Shown piece by piece: positions 50,972-61,078 of a stretch of 64,000 nucleotides of DNA (positions are counted from its first letter, which is position 1; each line of letters begins with the position of its first letter). The DNA is from an uncultured Gemmatimonadales bacterium (GTDB taxonomy: Bacteria; Gemmatimonadota; Gemmatimonadetes; Gemmatimonadales; Gemmatimonadaceae). The position numbers and the translations under genes are program-made. The DNA is taken from positions 704,001-768,000 of the forward strand of contig CAWBZV010000002.1 of the NCBI GenBank assembly GCA_963793305.1, in the 5' to 3' direction. The notes beneath the pieces were generated by a model. The model was not told the origin of the DNA, made no database searches, and worked only from the letters and a program-made list of their open reading frames with translations.

Positions 50972-51925
50972 CTAGTCGAACAACGAGCTAACCGACTGAT
51001 CGAAATGCGTGTACCGAATAGCCTTGGCGAGTAACTCGCCGACCGAGAGCACCTTGAGCGACGGAAACCGCCGCTCCGGTGGCGTCTCGACCGAGTCGGT
51101 CACCGTCACCTCGGTGATCGGCGCGCCGGCGAGCCGTTCGGGCGCGGGGCCCGAGAGCAGCGCGTGCGTCGCGCAGACGAACACCTCGTTCGCGCCAAGC
51201 CGCTTGAGGGCCCGCGCCGCCTCGGTCACCGTTCCCGCCGTATCAATCATGTCATCGACGATGAGGCAATCCCGGTCCTCGACTTCACCGACAACATTGA
51301 CAACCTCGGCGACGTTAGCCTTCGGTCGCCGTTTATCGATGATGGCCAGGGTCCCGTCGAGCCGCTTCGCAAACCCTCGGGCCATCTTGGCCGCGCCAAC
51401 GTCAGGCGCGACCACAACCAGATCCTTCAAGTTTTTCTTGCGATAATGCGAGACAAACACGGGCGCCGCGTACAGATGGTCGACCGGCACGTCGAAAAAC
51501 CCTTGCAACTGATGTTGGTGGAAGTCGAGGCCCAAAACCCGGTCCGCACCAGCGGTCTGGATCATGTTCGCCATCAACTTCGCCCCAATCGCCACCCGCG
51601 GCTGATCCTTTCGATCCTGCCGCGAGTAGCCATAGTACGGCATGACGCACGTAATGCGCGCCGCGGACGCCCGCCGGGCGGCATTGATCAACAGCATCAA
51701 CTCGAGGACGTTGTCGGCCGGAGGGTTCGTCGGCTGGACGATAAAGATGTCCGAGCCTCGGATGTTCTCGTCTATCCGCACAAAAATTTCCCCGTCCGTA
51801 AACCGCGACGAGGTCACCTTGCACAGCTCAACGCCAAGGCAGCGGCCAATCTCATTGGCCAGGGGGCGGTTTGCCGTCCCCGAGAGGAGCTTGAAGCCCT
51901 GCCGCGGTACCCCAGTGCCGTCCAT
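50972..51925 (-). CDS. prs: ribose-phosphate pyrophosphokinase
   Basis: FTDGEI, PYYGYSRQDRK, PDVG, IIDKRR, DDMIDTAGT, ATH. Confidence 0.98.
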   Translation of the reverse strand: MDGTGVPRQGFKLLSGTANRPLANEIGRCLGVELCKVTSSRFTDGEIFVRIDENIRGSDIFIVQPTNPPADNVLELMLLINAARRASAARITCVMPYYGYSRQDRKDQPRVAIGAKLMANMIQTAGADRVLGLDFHQHQLQGFFDVPVDHLYAAPVFVSHYRKKNLKDLVVVAPDVGAAKMARGFAKRLDGTLAIIDKRRPKANVAEVVNVVGEVEDRDCLIVDDMIDTAGTVTEAARALKRLGANEVFVCATHALLSGPAPERLAGAPITEVTVTDSVETPPERRFPSLKVLSVGELLAKAIRYTHFDQSVSSLFD

Positions 51926-51939
51926 ATCCAGAGCCTTTT

Positions 51940-51968
51940 AAGCTAGATCTCCCCACCAAGCCCGTCAA
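51940..51968 (-). promoter_or_regulatory. sigma-70-type promoter of the prs operon
   Basis: TTGACG - 17 bp - TAGCTT, 14 nt upstream of the prs ATG. Confidence 0.7.
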
Positions 51969-51969
51969 C

Positions 51970-52851
51970 ATGCTCGTCCTACTCGACGAAGACAAGATTC
52001 GTGCGGCGCTCAGCTACGAAAAGCTGATTCCCACAATGTCCCGAGCGCTCGCCGCGTTCTCGACCGGACGCGTGACCCAGCCCGTCCGCACGATTCTCAG
52101 CATCCCCGACCACTCGGCCTTCTACGGCGTGATGCCGGTCGCCGACGAGACGATGCTCGGGGCCAAGCTCGTGACCGTCTATCCGCACAGTGAGCCGACA
52201 CACAAGGCGGTCATTCAGCTGTTCGATGCGGCGACCGGAACCCCTCTCGCCGTGCTCGATGGCCGGCTGATCACCGAGATGCGAACGGCTGCCGTCTCTG
52301 CCGTCGCCACGCAACTCCTGGCGTCGCCAAACGCACACACGTTGGCGATCCTCGGCAGCGGCGTCCAGGCGCGAGCACACGTCGCCGCGCTCCGGCTGGT
52401 GCGCACGTTCGACCAGATTCGGGTGTGGAGCCGCAACGTGGAGCACGCGAAGCGGTTCGCCGACGAGGTCGGAGCCCAAGTGACCTCGGCAGAAGAGGCC
52501 GTGCGCGGCGCCGACGTCGTCGTGACGGTGACGCACTCTCCAACCCCGGTTCTCCTCGGTGATTGGCTCTCCGACCGCGCCCTGGCAATCGCGGTCGGCG
52601 CCGTTGGCCGATCGACGCGCGAGCTGGACACGGCGGCGATGGCGGCCACGGTGATCGTAGACTCGCGAGCGGCCGCTGAACAGGAAGCCGGAGACATCAT
52701 CCTCGCGGGGGCCACAATCTACGCCGAGCTCGGGGAGCTGATCGCGGCCACGCAGCAGGTACCGCCCGAAGGGCGTACCGTATTCAAATCGCTCGGCCTG
52801 GCCATCGAAGACCTAGCCGCCGCACGACTCGTCTACGAGGCGCTCGCATGA
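51970..52851 (+). CDS. ornithine cyclodeaminase / mu-crystallin family protein
   Basis: GAKLVTVYP, ITEMRTAAVSA, GSGVQA, FKSLGLAIEDLAAA. Confidence 0.92.
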   Translation: MLVLLDEDKIRAALSYEKLIPTMSRALAAFSTGRVTQPVRTILSIPDHSAFYGVMPVADETMLGAKLVTVYPHSEPTHKAVIQLFDAATGTPLAVLDGRLITEMRTAAVSAVATQLLASPNAHTLAILGSGVQARAHVAALRLVRTFDQIRVWSRNVEHAKRFADEVGAQVTSAEEAVRGADVVVTVTHSPTPVLLGDWLSDRALAIAVGAVGRSTRELDTAAMAATVIVDSRAAAEQEAGDIILAGATIYAELGELIAATQQVPPEGRTVFKSLGLAIEDLAAARLVYEALA

Positions 52852-53615
52852 TGCAAGGGAAAGTCGCACTGGTGACCGGTGGCAGCTCGGGAATCGGTCT
52901 CGCCACCGCCCACCTGTTCGCGCGACACGGCGCTTCGGTTGTCATTGCCGCGCGGAATCCCCAACGCGGCGCCGCGGCGCTGTATGCGCTGCGCGCGGCC
53001 GGAGCCGACGCGGAATTCGTGCAGACGGACGTCTCCCTGAATGACGAAGTCTCGGCCCTCGTGCGCGCGGTCATCGAGCGCTACGACCGCCTGGATTTCG
53101 CGGTGAACAGCGCCGCGACCGACGAGGTCGGGATGGGACTCACCGCGGACTTGAGCGAAGCAGACTTCGACTCGGCGATCGCACTCAACTTGAAGAGCGT
53201 CTGGCTGTGCATGAAGTACGAGATCAAGCGGATGCTCGAGCAGCGAGAGGGCGGCTCGATCGTGAACGTCTCCTCGGTGAATGGACTGGGCGGCGTCCCC
53301 GGCGCCGGCACGTATGCGGTCGCCAAAGCCGGCGTCATCGCCCTCGCGAAATCGGCCGCGATGGAGTACGCCGCCCGGCGTATCCGAGTCAATGCGCTCG
53401 TCGCCGGGGCGTATGACACGCCGTTGCTTCGGAGGGCGGTCGAGCGATACGCGAAAGGCGACACGAGCGCCTATATCAGCCGCATTCCACTGGGGCGGAT
53501 AGGGAACCCCGAAGAGGCGGCCGAAGCGGCCCTGTGGCTCTGCTCGGACGCGTCGAGCTATGTCACCGGGAACGCCCTCATCGTCGACGGCGGCATGACG
53601 AGCTGGGCGCGTTGA
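52848..53615 (+). CDS. SDR family oxidoreductase
   Basis: TGGSSGIG, IVNVSS, YAVAK, IRVNAL, VDGG. Confidence 0.95.
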   Translation: MMQGKVALVTGGSSGIGLATAHLFARHGASVVIAARNPQRGAAALYALRAAGADAEFVQTDVSLNDEVSALVRAVIERYDRLDFAVNSAATDEVGMGLTADLSEADFDSAIALNLKSVWLCMKYEIKRMLEQREGGSIVNVSSVNGLGGVPGAGTYAVAKAGVIALAKSAAMEYAARRIRVNALVAGAYDTPLLRRAVERYAKGDTSAYISRIPLGRIGNPEEAAEAALWLCSDASSYVTGNALIVDGGMTSWAR

Positions 53616-53650
53616 CAGCCTGGCGGTACCATGGTACCTATGTACCATGG
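53612..53650 (+). promoter_or_regulatory. promoter with an overlapping palindromic/tandem operator
   Basis: TTGACA at 53612-53617; perfect palindrome GGTACCATGGTACC at 53625-53638; GTACC repeated at 53626, 53634 and 53642. Confidence 0.7.
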
Positions 53651-53883
53651 AAATCGAACGTGTTCAAACCGGTGTCCGGCTGGAGAAGCGCACCCTGAAA
53701 GTGCTCAAGGGGCTCGCCGAGTACCTCGACTTGTCGCTGGGCGACCTGCTCGAGGGAGTCATCTGGCACGCGTTCGAGGGGCGCGCGCCGTTCGCGCCGG
53801 AGACGGTGGAGCAGATCCAACGGCTTCGGACCGTGTATGGCCTCACGCTGACCGCGGAGGACAGTCATCGCCATGCGGACTGA
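53647..53883 (+). CDS. small protein, probable ribbon-helix-helix DNA-binding fold
   Basis: Alternating strand RVQTGVRL followed by two amphipathic helices (KRTLKVLKGLAEYL, SLGDLLEGVI). Confidence 0.7.
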   Translation: MEIERVQTGVRLEKRTLKVLKGLAEYLDLSLGDLLEGVIWHAFEGRAPFAPETVEQIQRLRTVYGLTLTAEDSHRHAD

Positions 53884-54181
53884 GCGCATCCTCGCGGTGT
53901 ACCGGGCGATTTTTGTCGCGACCATTGTCGCGCTGAGCGTCGAGACGATGACGCACGCGAAATCGCTGGCCGATCACCATTTCTGGCTCGCGGCCATCGA
54001 GATCGTGGCATCGCTCCTCCTCCTGTTCAGGCGGACGCAGCGTGCCGGACTGCCCCTGTTGCTCGCCGTGTTCAGCGTTGCGATCGTCGTCAACGTCGCG
54101 AGCGGCGGCCTGCCATTCGGCCTCGTGTTGTTCGGAGCGAGCGCGGTGACTATCGTGTTGCTCGATGGGGCAATACGCTGA
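53873..54181 (+). CDS. small four-TM membrane protein
   Basis: Hydrophobic segments; overlaps both neighbours. Confidence 0.75.
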   Translation: MRTERILAVYRAIFVATIVALSVETMTHAKSLADHHFWLAAIEIVASLLLLFRRTQRAGLPLLLAVFSVAIVVNVASGGLPFGLVLFGASAVTIVLLDGAIR

Positions 54182-54917
54182 GTCCAGTCCGAGCGCGGCG
54201 CTCGCGCCGTGGGTGGAGTGCTATTGGTCGATTACGGCGACCGATGCGGCGCCGGGGGTCGATCGCATCCTCCCCGATGGGTGCGCCGATGTCATCATCG
54301 ATCTCAGCACGAGCCCCCACGCGTTCGTCGTTGGTACGATGAGCACGGCATTGCTGACGCCGCGCGAGGGCCGGGTGGCGATGTTCGGCATCCGCTTCCG
54401 GCCGGGCGCGGCGTTCCCGTTTCTCGGGGTGCCGTTGCGCGAGATCACGGATCGGCGGGTGGCCCTCGACGGACTGTGGGGCGCTCGCACCGACGAGCTT
54501 ATCGACGCGGTCATCCAGGGGCACGTCGAGCGCGTGCTCACGCCGCCTCGCATCGCGAGAGAAGACGAGATCGTCCCGCGGGCGGTCGCACTGTTTCGGC
54601 GCGCGCGCGGTGGCGCGGCCGTGCGCGACGTTGCCGCCGCGCTCGGACTTGGAGAGCGGCGGCTGCACCGCGCGTTCGACCGGTGCGTTGGATTGTCGCC
54701 CAAAGGCTTTGCGCGCGTGATGCGATTTCGCGAGGTGTACCAGCAGGTGCAACGCGGGGCAGCGCTTCCGTGGACGCGCATGGCCGGCGACGCTGGGTAT
54801 GCGGATCAACCGCATCTCATCCGGGAGTTTCAGGCGCTGGCCGGGCTGACCCCGGCTCAGTATGCGGTTGAACGAGGCGTCCGATTCATTCAATACGGGG
54901 GGAAGAGCGAGGAATAG
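54165..54917 (+). CDS. AraC family transcriptional regulator (DUF6597-like N-terminus)
   Basis: ILPDGCAD, FGIRFRPG, ERRLHRAF...GLSPK, GYADQPHLIREF..LAGLTP. Confidence 0.92.
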   Translation: MGQYAESSPSAALAPWVECYWSITATDAAPGVDRILPDGCADVIIDLSTSPHAFVVGTMSTALLTPREGRVAMFGIRFRPGAAFPFLGVPLREITDRRVALDGLWGARTDELIDAVIQGHVERVLTPPRIAREDEIVPRAVALFRRARGGAAVRDVAAALGLGERRLHRAFDRCVGLSPKGFARVMRFREVYQQVQRGAALPWTRMAGDAGYADQPHLIREFQALAGLTPAQYAVERGVRFIQYGGKSEE

Positions 54918-54946
54918 GTTGACGGCGTCTCCAACAGGATTCGCCA

Positions 54947-55360
54947 ATGCGATACGCGGTATTGCTCGCCACCCTCGCCCTTACTCCCATGAGCCCCGAA
55001 CAACAACAGACGCCCGCGGACCACGATCATCGCATCGATTACATCGAGATGCCGGCGACGAATATCGCTGCCACCAAGAAATTCTACATCGATGCATTCG
55101 GCTGGAAATTCACGGACTACGGCCCCGACTACACGAGCTTCGCCGATGGGCGACTGTCCGGTGGATTCACGAAGGCCCCCACGGTACAACGCGGTGGCGC
55201 CCTGATCGTGATCTTCGCCGTCGATCTCGCCGACGCCGAGAAGCGCGTGCGCGCGGCTGGCGGAACCATCACGAAGCCCGTGTTCAGCTTCCCCGGTGGA
55301 CACCGATTCCACTTTACTGACCCGAGCGGGAACGAGCTCGCCGTTTGGTCGGATAGGTAA
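54947..55360 (+). CDS. VOC/glyoxalase family protein
   Basis: IDYIEMP, FY..AFGWKFTDYGPDY, FPGG.RFHFTDPSGNELAVW. Confidence 0.93.
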   Translation: MRYAVLLATLALTPMSPEQQQTPADHDHRIDYIEMPATNIAATKKFYIDAFGWKFTDYGPDYTSFADGRLSGGFTKAPTVQRGGALIVIFAVDLADAEKRVRAAGGTITKPVFSFPGGHRFHFTDPSGNELAVWSDR

Positions 55361-55379
55361 ACGGGTATATGTTGATTTC

Positions 55380-56105
55380 ATGTCGATCGCATTGATCGTC
55401 ACCGTTTTCGGTGCATTGATCGTGCTGGAGCCAGCCGAGGGAGTCTTCACCCCGACTCCGAACGGGATGTTCTATTCCCGATCGATCCGGATCGGGCGCG
55501 GCGAGCGAGTGATCGACATTGGGACCGGCTCGGGCATACTCGCCGTCGCCGCGGCGAAGGCAGGCGGGCAGGTGGTCGCCACCGACATCGACCCCCGCGC
55601 CGTCGCCGCGGCGGAGCGCAATGCGGCCCTCAATAGCGTGTCGATCGATATCGCGGTCGGCGCGCTGTTCGGCCCATTCACGGGCCCGTTCGAGGTCATT
55701 CTGGCGAATCTCCCCAACGAGATCATCGCCCCGGCATACCTCGCCCGCCTGGCGCCGGACGAAGCACGCACGTTCTCGGGCGGCGAGCAGGGGAACGAGC
55801 ATCTGCTGGCGCTCATGGCCGTCGCCGACCGCTATATGCACGCTCGATCGCGGCTGTACCTCGGCGTCCACTCGCTGACGGACTATCACGGGACGTTGCG
55901 GGCGGCGCTCGGGCGCTACGCGGTTCGCCTCATCGACTTCTCGGCGTTGCCCGCCAAGCCGTTTGTGGCCGAAAACCTGGATTTCTACCGTGCATTGGCC
56001 GATGCCGGCACGATCCAGATCTTCCAGGCCCCAGACGGCCAGTGGCAGACATACGGTTACGTGTACGAGCTGACCTGGCCCGAGTCCCTCAGTCGCGTGG
56101 CGTGA
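55380..56105 (+). CDS. class I SAM-dependent methyltransferase (HemK/MTS-like)
   Basis: GVFTP, DIGTGSG, TDID, ILANLP; ATG 55380 after TATGTT. Confidence 0.85.
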   Translation: MSIALIVTVFGALIVLEPAEGVFTPTPNGMFYSRSIRIGRGERVIDIGTGSGILAVAAAKAGGQVVATDIDPRAVAAAERNAALNSVSIDIAVGALFGPFTGPFEVILANLPNEIIAPAYLARLAPDEARTFSGGEQGNEHLLALMAVADRYMHARSRLYLGVHSLTDYHGTLRAALGRYAVRLIDFSALPAKPFVAENLDFYRALADAGTIQIFQAPDGQWQTYGYVYELTWPESLSRVA

Positions 56106-56136
56106 CCGCCGGGGTTACGCAACAGTCGATAGAGGT

Positions 56137-56949
56137 ATGCGTCCCGCGATGCTCGTGCTCGCGATCACTCTGATCGCCACCCAGGCTCACGCCCAAGCCG
56201 ATTCCGCGGCCGACGTGTTCCATAAGGTGAGCGATTCGAGCCATACGTCGAGCTCCTCCAGCGATGTGTTCCGGCGTGCCGCCCAGGCCCGGGACGCGGC
56301 CCAGAATCGGCCGGACGTTATCGCGACCGACCCGAATCAGGTCGAAGCACAGGTCGTGCGGCGCGACAGTATCGATATTCTCAAGCGCGCGCCCGCTGGC
56401 GCTGCGGCGCCCGCGCCCGCACCTGCACCGGCTAATAGCAGCGCCGCACCAGTATCACCCGCTATCGCCGCCCTCGGCGCCGCGTTCACGGCTGCTGGGC
56501 CGCCAGACGCCACACCAGCGGTCGCTCCGAAACCGCGCCGCGCGCCAACCTCGAATGGCTCGATTGCGCACAAGCCCGCGCCAGCCGAGCCAGCAGCGCC
56601 GCCGGTCGAGCACGCAACCGTCGTCACGTCCGGCACCGCGCCGGCGCTCACGCGGATGGGTGCGATGCCGGCGCCCGCCGCGCCCGCAAAGCCCGTCTTC
56701 AACGACACGGTGACGACGCTGGAGCGGGAGGCGGCGACAGTGAGCCAGGATGTCGCGCCGAAGTACGCAACCGAGAAGGCCTCAATGGACAGCGTTCGCG
56801 ACAAGCACAACGCGAAGCTCGACAGCCTGGAAGCCACCGAGAGCTCGATCAAGGACTCGACGGAGCGCCGGTTCGAGCACAAGATGGCCGAAGCCGCGCG
56901 GCTCAAGAGCGCCAAAGCCCACTCCGACAGCGCAGCCAAGCAGCACTGA
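56137..56949 (+). CDS. exported Ala/Pro-rich low-complexity protein
   Basis: Signal peptide ending AHA-Q; PAPAPAP segments; helical C-terminus. Confidence 0.75.
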   Translation: MRPAMLVLAITLIATQAHAQADSAADVFHKVSDSSHTSSSSSDVFRRAAQARDAAQNRPDVIATDPNQVEAQVVRRDSIDILKRAPAGAAAPAPAPAPANSSAAPVSPAIAALGAAFTAAGPPDATPAVAPKPRRAPTSNGSIAHKPAPAEPAAPPVEHATVVTSGTAPALTRMGAMPAPAAPAKPVFNDTVTTLEREAATVSQDVAPKYATEKASMDSVRDKHNAKLDSLEATESSIKDSTERRFEHKMAEAARLKSAKAHSDSAAKQH

Positions 56950-56983
56950 TACACGCGTCGGGCCGTAGATTTGGGCCTGACTC

Positions 56984-58013
56984 GTGTACTCGACCTGCCT
57001 TTTCTGTCACGCGTCACTCGGCGCGAATCAGGTCATCGAACAGCTGCCCATTGGCCGGCGGCTCGCGTTCGACGGTGCGCACGGACGTTTGTGGGTCGTC
57101 TGCGCCAGGTGCCGCCGCTGGAACCTGACGCCGATCGAGGAGCGCTGGGAGGCCATCGAGGAGTGCGAGCGCCAGTATCGCACGGCGCGTGTACGGGCCT
57201 CGACCGATGAGATCGGCCTGGCGCGCCTCCCTGAGGGCCTGGAGCTCGTCCGCATCGGCAAGCCGCCACGGCTCGAGCTCGCGGCATGGCGCTATGTGGA
57301 TGCGTTCCGGCGCCGTCGCCAGCAGGCGCTCATTGCCGGCGCGGTGTCGGTCGCGGCAGTCGCCGGGTTGGTGGCTGGTGGGTATGCGGTTGTCGGCACA
57401 GGAGCGCTGACGTTGCTCGATCATCAACGGCTACAACCTCTACAGGAGCCGGCGCGTCGTTCATCGCGTCGTCGACCCGTACGGGCGGCGCCTCGATGTG
57501 CGTGAGAGTCTGGTCCGCACGGTTCGATGGATACCGTCCGCGCCCGGCGCGCCTCTCTCGATCGACGTGCAGCGCAGGCGACACCGCGGGGCCTCGCGGA
57601 CGTCACTTGTCGGCGATTCCGCGGAGAACGCATTACGGCCCGTGCTCGCGCACATGAACCGGTACGCGGGGCGAACGGCTCTGGTCCGAGAGGCCGTCGA
57701 TCGACTCAACCGAGGCGGCGATCCGATCGTCTGGGGCGCCCCAGTCGCGCGCCGGGTCTCCCTCGTGGCCGGTATTCCCGAGGGTAATCCGATACCGCTC
57801 TATAAGCTGCACGCACCCGACCGCCTCGCGTTCGAGATGAGCTTGGCCGAGCGGGACGAGCAGCGACTGCTGGAGGGCGAGCTTGCGGGACTGGAGCTCG
57901 CGTGGCGCGAGGCGGAGGAGATCGCCGCGATCGCGGACAACCTGTTGTTGCCGGAGTCGGTGACGGCATGGCTCCGGCGGCAGAAATCAAATCAAGATCG
58001 CAGTACGTCGTAG
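56984..58013 (+). CDS. uncharacterised Zn-ribbon membrane protein, paralog 1; apparent +1 frameshift at ~57413-57419
   Basis: MYSTCLFCH...CARC; the C-terminal LEGELA.LE.AWR.AE..AAIADNL lies in the second frame; strongly similar to 61549-62604. Confidence 0.8.
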
Positions 58014-58634
58014 CGCTTGCGCGCGTCGTCGGTCGACTTGGCTTGCACGTAGTAATGCTCGACGCCAGCTGCTTTGGCTGCCCGCACCGTGTCCACGTTT
58101 GCCGCGTCGTCCAGATCTAGGGCGAAGCGCCGTGGCCCAGGTGTCTTGGCCTCGAACCAGACGAGGGCTGGGTCCGTCTCTGCCAGTAGCACGCTCGCCT
58201 CGTCACCGACAACGCGATACGCGAACCGCAGGCCGGCCTTTCTCGTGGTTTCTCCAGCGCGATTGAACAGGGCCGCGAGCTCGTGCCAGTCCTCTTGCGT
58301 GCGCCGCTCCTCAGGGTCCACCCGACCACACACGAAATATCGACACCCCAAAGATGCGGCAACGCCGAGATGTCGCTCCAATCCTCGATACAGCAGCGGC
58401 GTGGTCACGTGAACCGCCGACGCATTGAGTCCCGCTTGCTTGAGCGCTGTACGGAGGCCTGGCGCGTACAACTCGTTTACCGCCACATTCTCGATAACCA
58501 ATCGCGGCGACTGTTGCGAGCGTGGCGTCGTCGTACGCGGTCAGTTCCAGGCCGAGTGCGGCTTGCTGGCGGCGACGGGATGTGGTCGAGACCAGCGCGG
58601 CGGCCGACGTGGCAATAAAAGATCGTCGATTCAC
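57992..58634 (-). CDS. degenerate sugar phosphate isomerase/epimerase-like protein with a Tat-like signal; apparent +1 frameshift at ~58488
   Basis: MNRRSFIA; similar to the adjacent TIM-barrel gene (VAAIGYR, ELAALFNR); GTGA overlap. Confidence 0.7.
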
Positions 58635-59393
58635 ACGTCGAGTCCGCTCAGATGCGTGTACGCGGCGCGGACCGCGTCGATGCCTGGCCCGACGGGCGCG
58701 TCTTCCTCGACATACCAATACCGGATGCCGGTGTCGATCGCGGTATGCAAGATGTCGCGGAAGTCGATGCGCCCGCGCCCGACCGTCGTGATGCCCCGCC
58801 GCGGCCAGGACTGCATGTCCTTGAGGTGCAACGTCGAGACGCGGCCGGCGAGTCGACGCAGCTCGTGCACGGGGTCACGCCCACCGTGCAACATCCAATA
58901 CACGTCCATTCTGAAAGTGCACGAGCTTCGGGTCGGTCTCGGCCACCACGATGTCGTACGGGATCGCGCCCTCCATCGGCGTGAGCTCGGCGTCGTGATT
59001 ATGGTAGCAGAACGTGAGTCCGTGCTGCTGGGCGATGGCGGCGCACCGGTTGAAGAGCGCGGCGAGCTCGTGATAATCCTGAAGCGTCTGGCGCTCGGGA
59101 AATGGCACGTCGGCGAGCGTGATGAACTTGGCGCCGAGCACGTTGGCGTAGTCGAGGAATCGCTCCCAGCCGCGATATAACGCCGTTGTGCGTACCCGCG
59201 CGGACGTACACGCCAGTCCAACCCGATCGAGAATGGCGCGGGTCGCCGGAGCTTCGAGGGTGCTCTCGTAGATGTACATGTCGAGGTCGCGGTAGCCGAT
59301 CGCGGCGACTTGCCGCATCGTCCCCTCGAAATCGCGCTGCACCTCGCTCCGCACCGTGATGACCGCGAGCCCGACGTGATCGAGTTTCGCCAT
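58631..59393 (-). CDS. sugar phosphate isomerase/epimerase (xylose isomerase-like TIM barrel); apparent +1 frameshift at ~58909
   Basis: YHNH, FQMDVYW after repair, LHLKD, VGRGRIDF, YVEED. Confidence 0.88.
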
Positions 59394-59400
59394 CAGCGCG

Positions 59401-61078
59401 TCAGATCTCGCGCCGGTTCATGGACGCGACCGCGTGGTCACACGCGCGCGCCGTGAGCGCCATGTAGGTGAGCGAGGGGTTCTGCCAGCCGCTCGAACGT
59501 CATGCACGAGCCGTCGGTCACGTAGAGATTCGGCACGTCATGCGCGCGGTTGTTGGCGTCGAGCACGCTGGTCTTGGGATCACGGCCCATCCGCGCCGTG
59601 CCCATTTCATGATTCGCGCTGCCCATGACGCTCGGCTGCGTGGCGGGCTTGATGTTCGTCGCACCGGCGGCGTCGAGGAGCTCGGTCGCCGTCGCCGACA
59701 TGTCGTAGTGCAGCGCGCGCTCGTTCGGTGACCAGCCCGCCTCGATATGCAGCACGGGGATACCCCACGCGTCGACCCGACTCGGATCCAGCGTCACGCG
59801 GTTCTCCTCGCGTGGCAAGCACTCGGCGTAGCCCCAGAACGACATCGTCCATGGGCCGAGTGTACTGAGTCGCTTCTTGAGATCGGCGCCAATGCCTCGA
59901 CTGAACATGCCGTCGCCCCACTCGAGGCGCCGCGCGCCCCCTTGGAACCCGTAGCCTCGGAGAAATGCGGCCTTGCTGTTCACGTTGCGGAAACGCGGAA
60001 TGTAAATGCCATTCGGGCGGATCCCGACGACATGGCGATCCGTGTATCCAGGGATCTCGCCGGTCGCGCCGCCGCCCTTGATATGGTCCATGACGTTGCG
60101 CCCGACTTGTCCGCTGGAATTGGCGATGCCGGAGTGGAGCAGGAGTCGCGCGCTCTCGAGCGCCGAGGCGCACAGGAAGACGACGCGCGCGCGATATTCC
60201 GTGACGGCTTTGGTCTTGGCGTCGATGACCCGGACGCCGGTGAGGAGACCCGTGGCATCGTTGTACAGGAGACGCTCGACGATGCTGAATGGCTTGAGCG
60301 TCAGGCGCCCGGTTGCCGCGGCCGCGGGCAATGTCGCGTTGATGCTGCTGAAGTACGACCGCGTGACGCAGCCTCGCTGGCACGGGCCACAGTAATGACA
60401 GGGATCACGACCGTTGAGCGGCGCCGTCAGATTGGCGACGCGGCCGATCGTCATCACCCGGTCACGGCCGAACTTGGCGCTGATCGCCGAGCGCACGTGC
60501 TCTTCGACCACGTTCATCGCCATCGGTGGCAGGAACTGGCTGTCGGGAAGCTGCGCGAGCCCTTCGGCCTTCCCGCTCACGCCGATGTAGCGTTCGACGT
60601 GGTCATACCACGGCGCGAGGTCCGCATACCGGATCGGCCAGTCGACCGCGATCCCATCACGGAGATTGGCCTCGAAATCCAGATCACTCCAGCGATAGAC
60701 CTGGCGTCCCCAGATGATCGACTTGCCGCCGACCTGGCGTGCGCGGAACCAGTTGAAGGGCTTGTCGGCCGGCGTCGTGTAGGGGTTGTCGACGTTGTCG
60801 GTCCAGAACCGATGGCTCATCCCGTCGAACGAGACGGAATGACGCTGAACGGCCTGGCGCGCTTCGATGGTCCTCTTGTCGCCGAGCCCGCGGAATGGCA
60901 TCTCCCACGGCGGCACGTGCTCGACGGCATTGCGCACGGGATCGACCGGACGCCCGGCTTCGAGCACGAGCGTCTGGAGCCCCCGCTGTGTCAGATCCTT
61001 CGCCGCCCAGCCGCCCGTGATGCCCGAGCCGACGACGATCGCGTCGAAGTCGCGTTGCTCAGTGCGCGTACGGGGCAT
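59401..61078 (-). CDS. GMC family flavoprotein oxidoreductase (glycoside/gluconate dehydrogenase-like); apparent +1 frameshift at ~59496
   Basis: VVGSGITGGWAAK, GGKSIIWGRQ, CHYCGPCQRGC, HEMGTARMG; repair restores QNPSLTYMALTARA. Confidence 0.93.

Noticed and set aside
51926..51969. tRNA upstream of prs
   Set aside because: The gap is only 44 bp and is occupied by promoter elements; no tRNA-like sequence was seen in any gap
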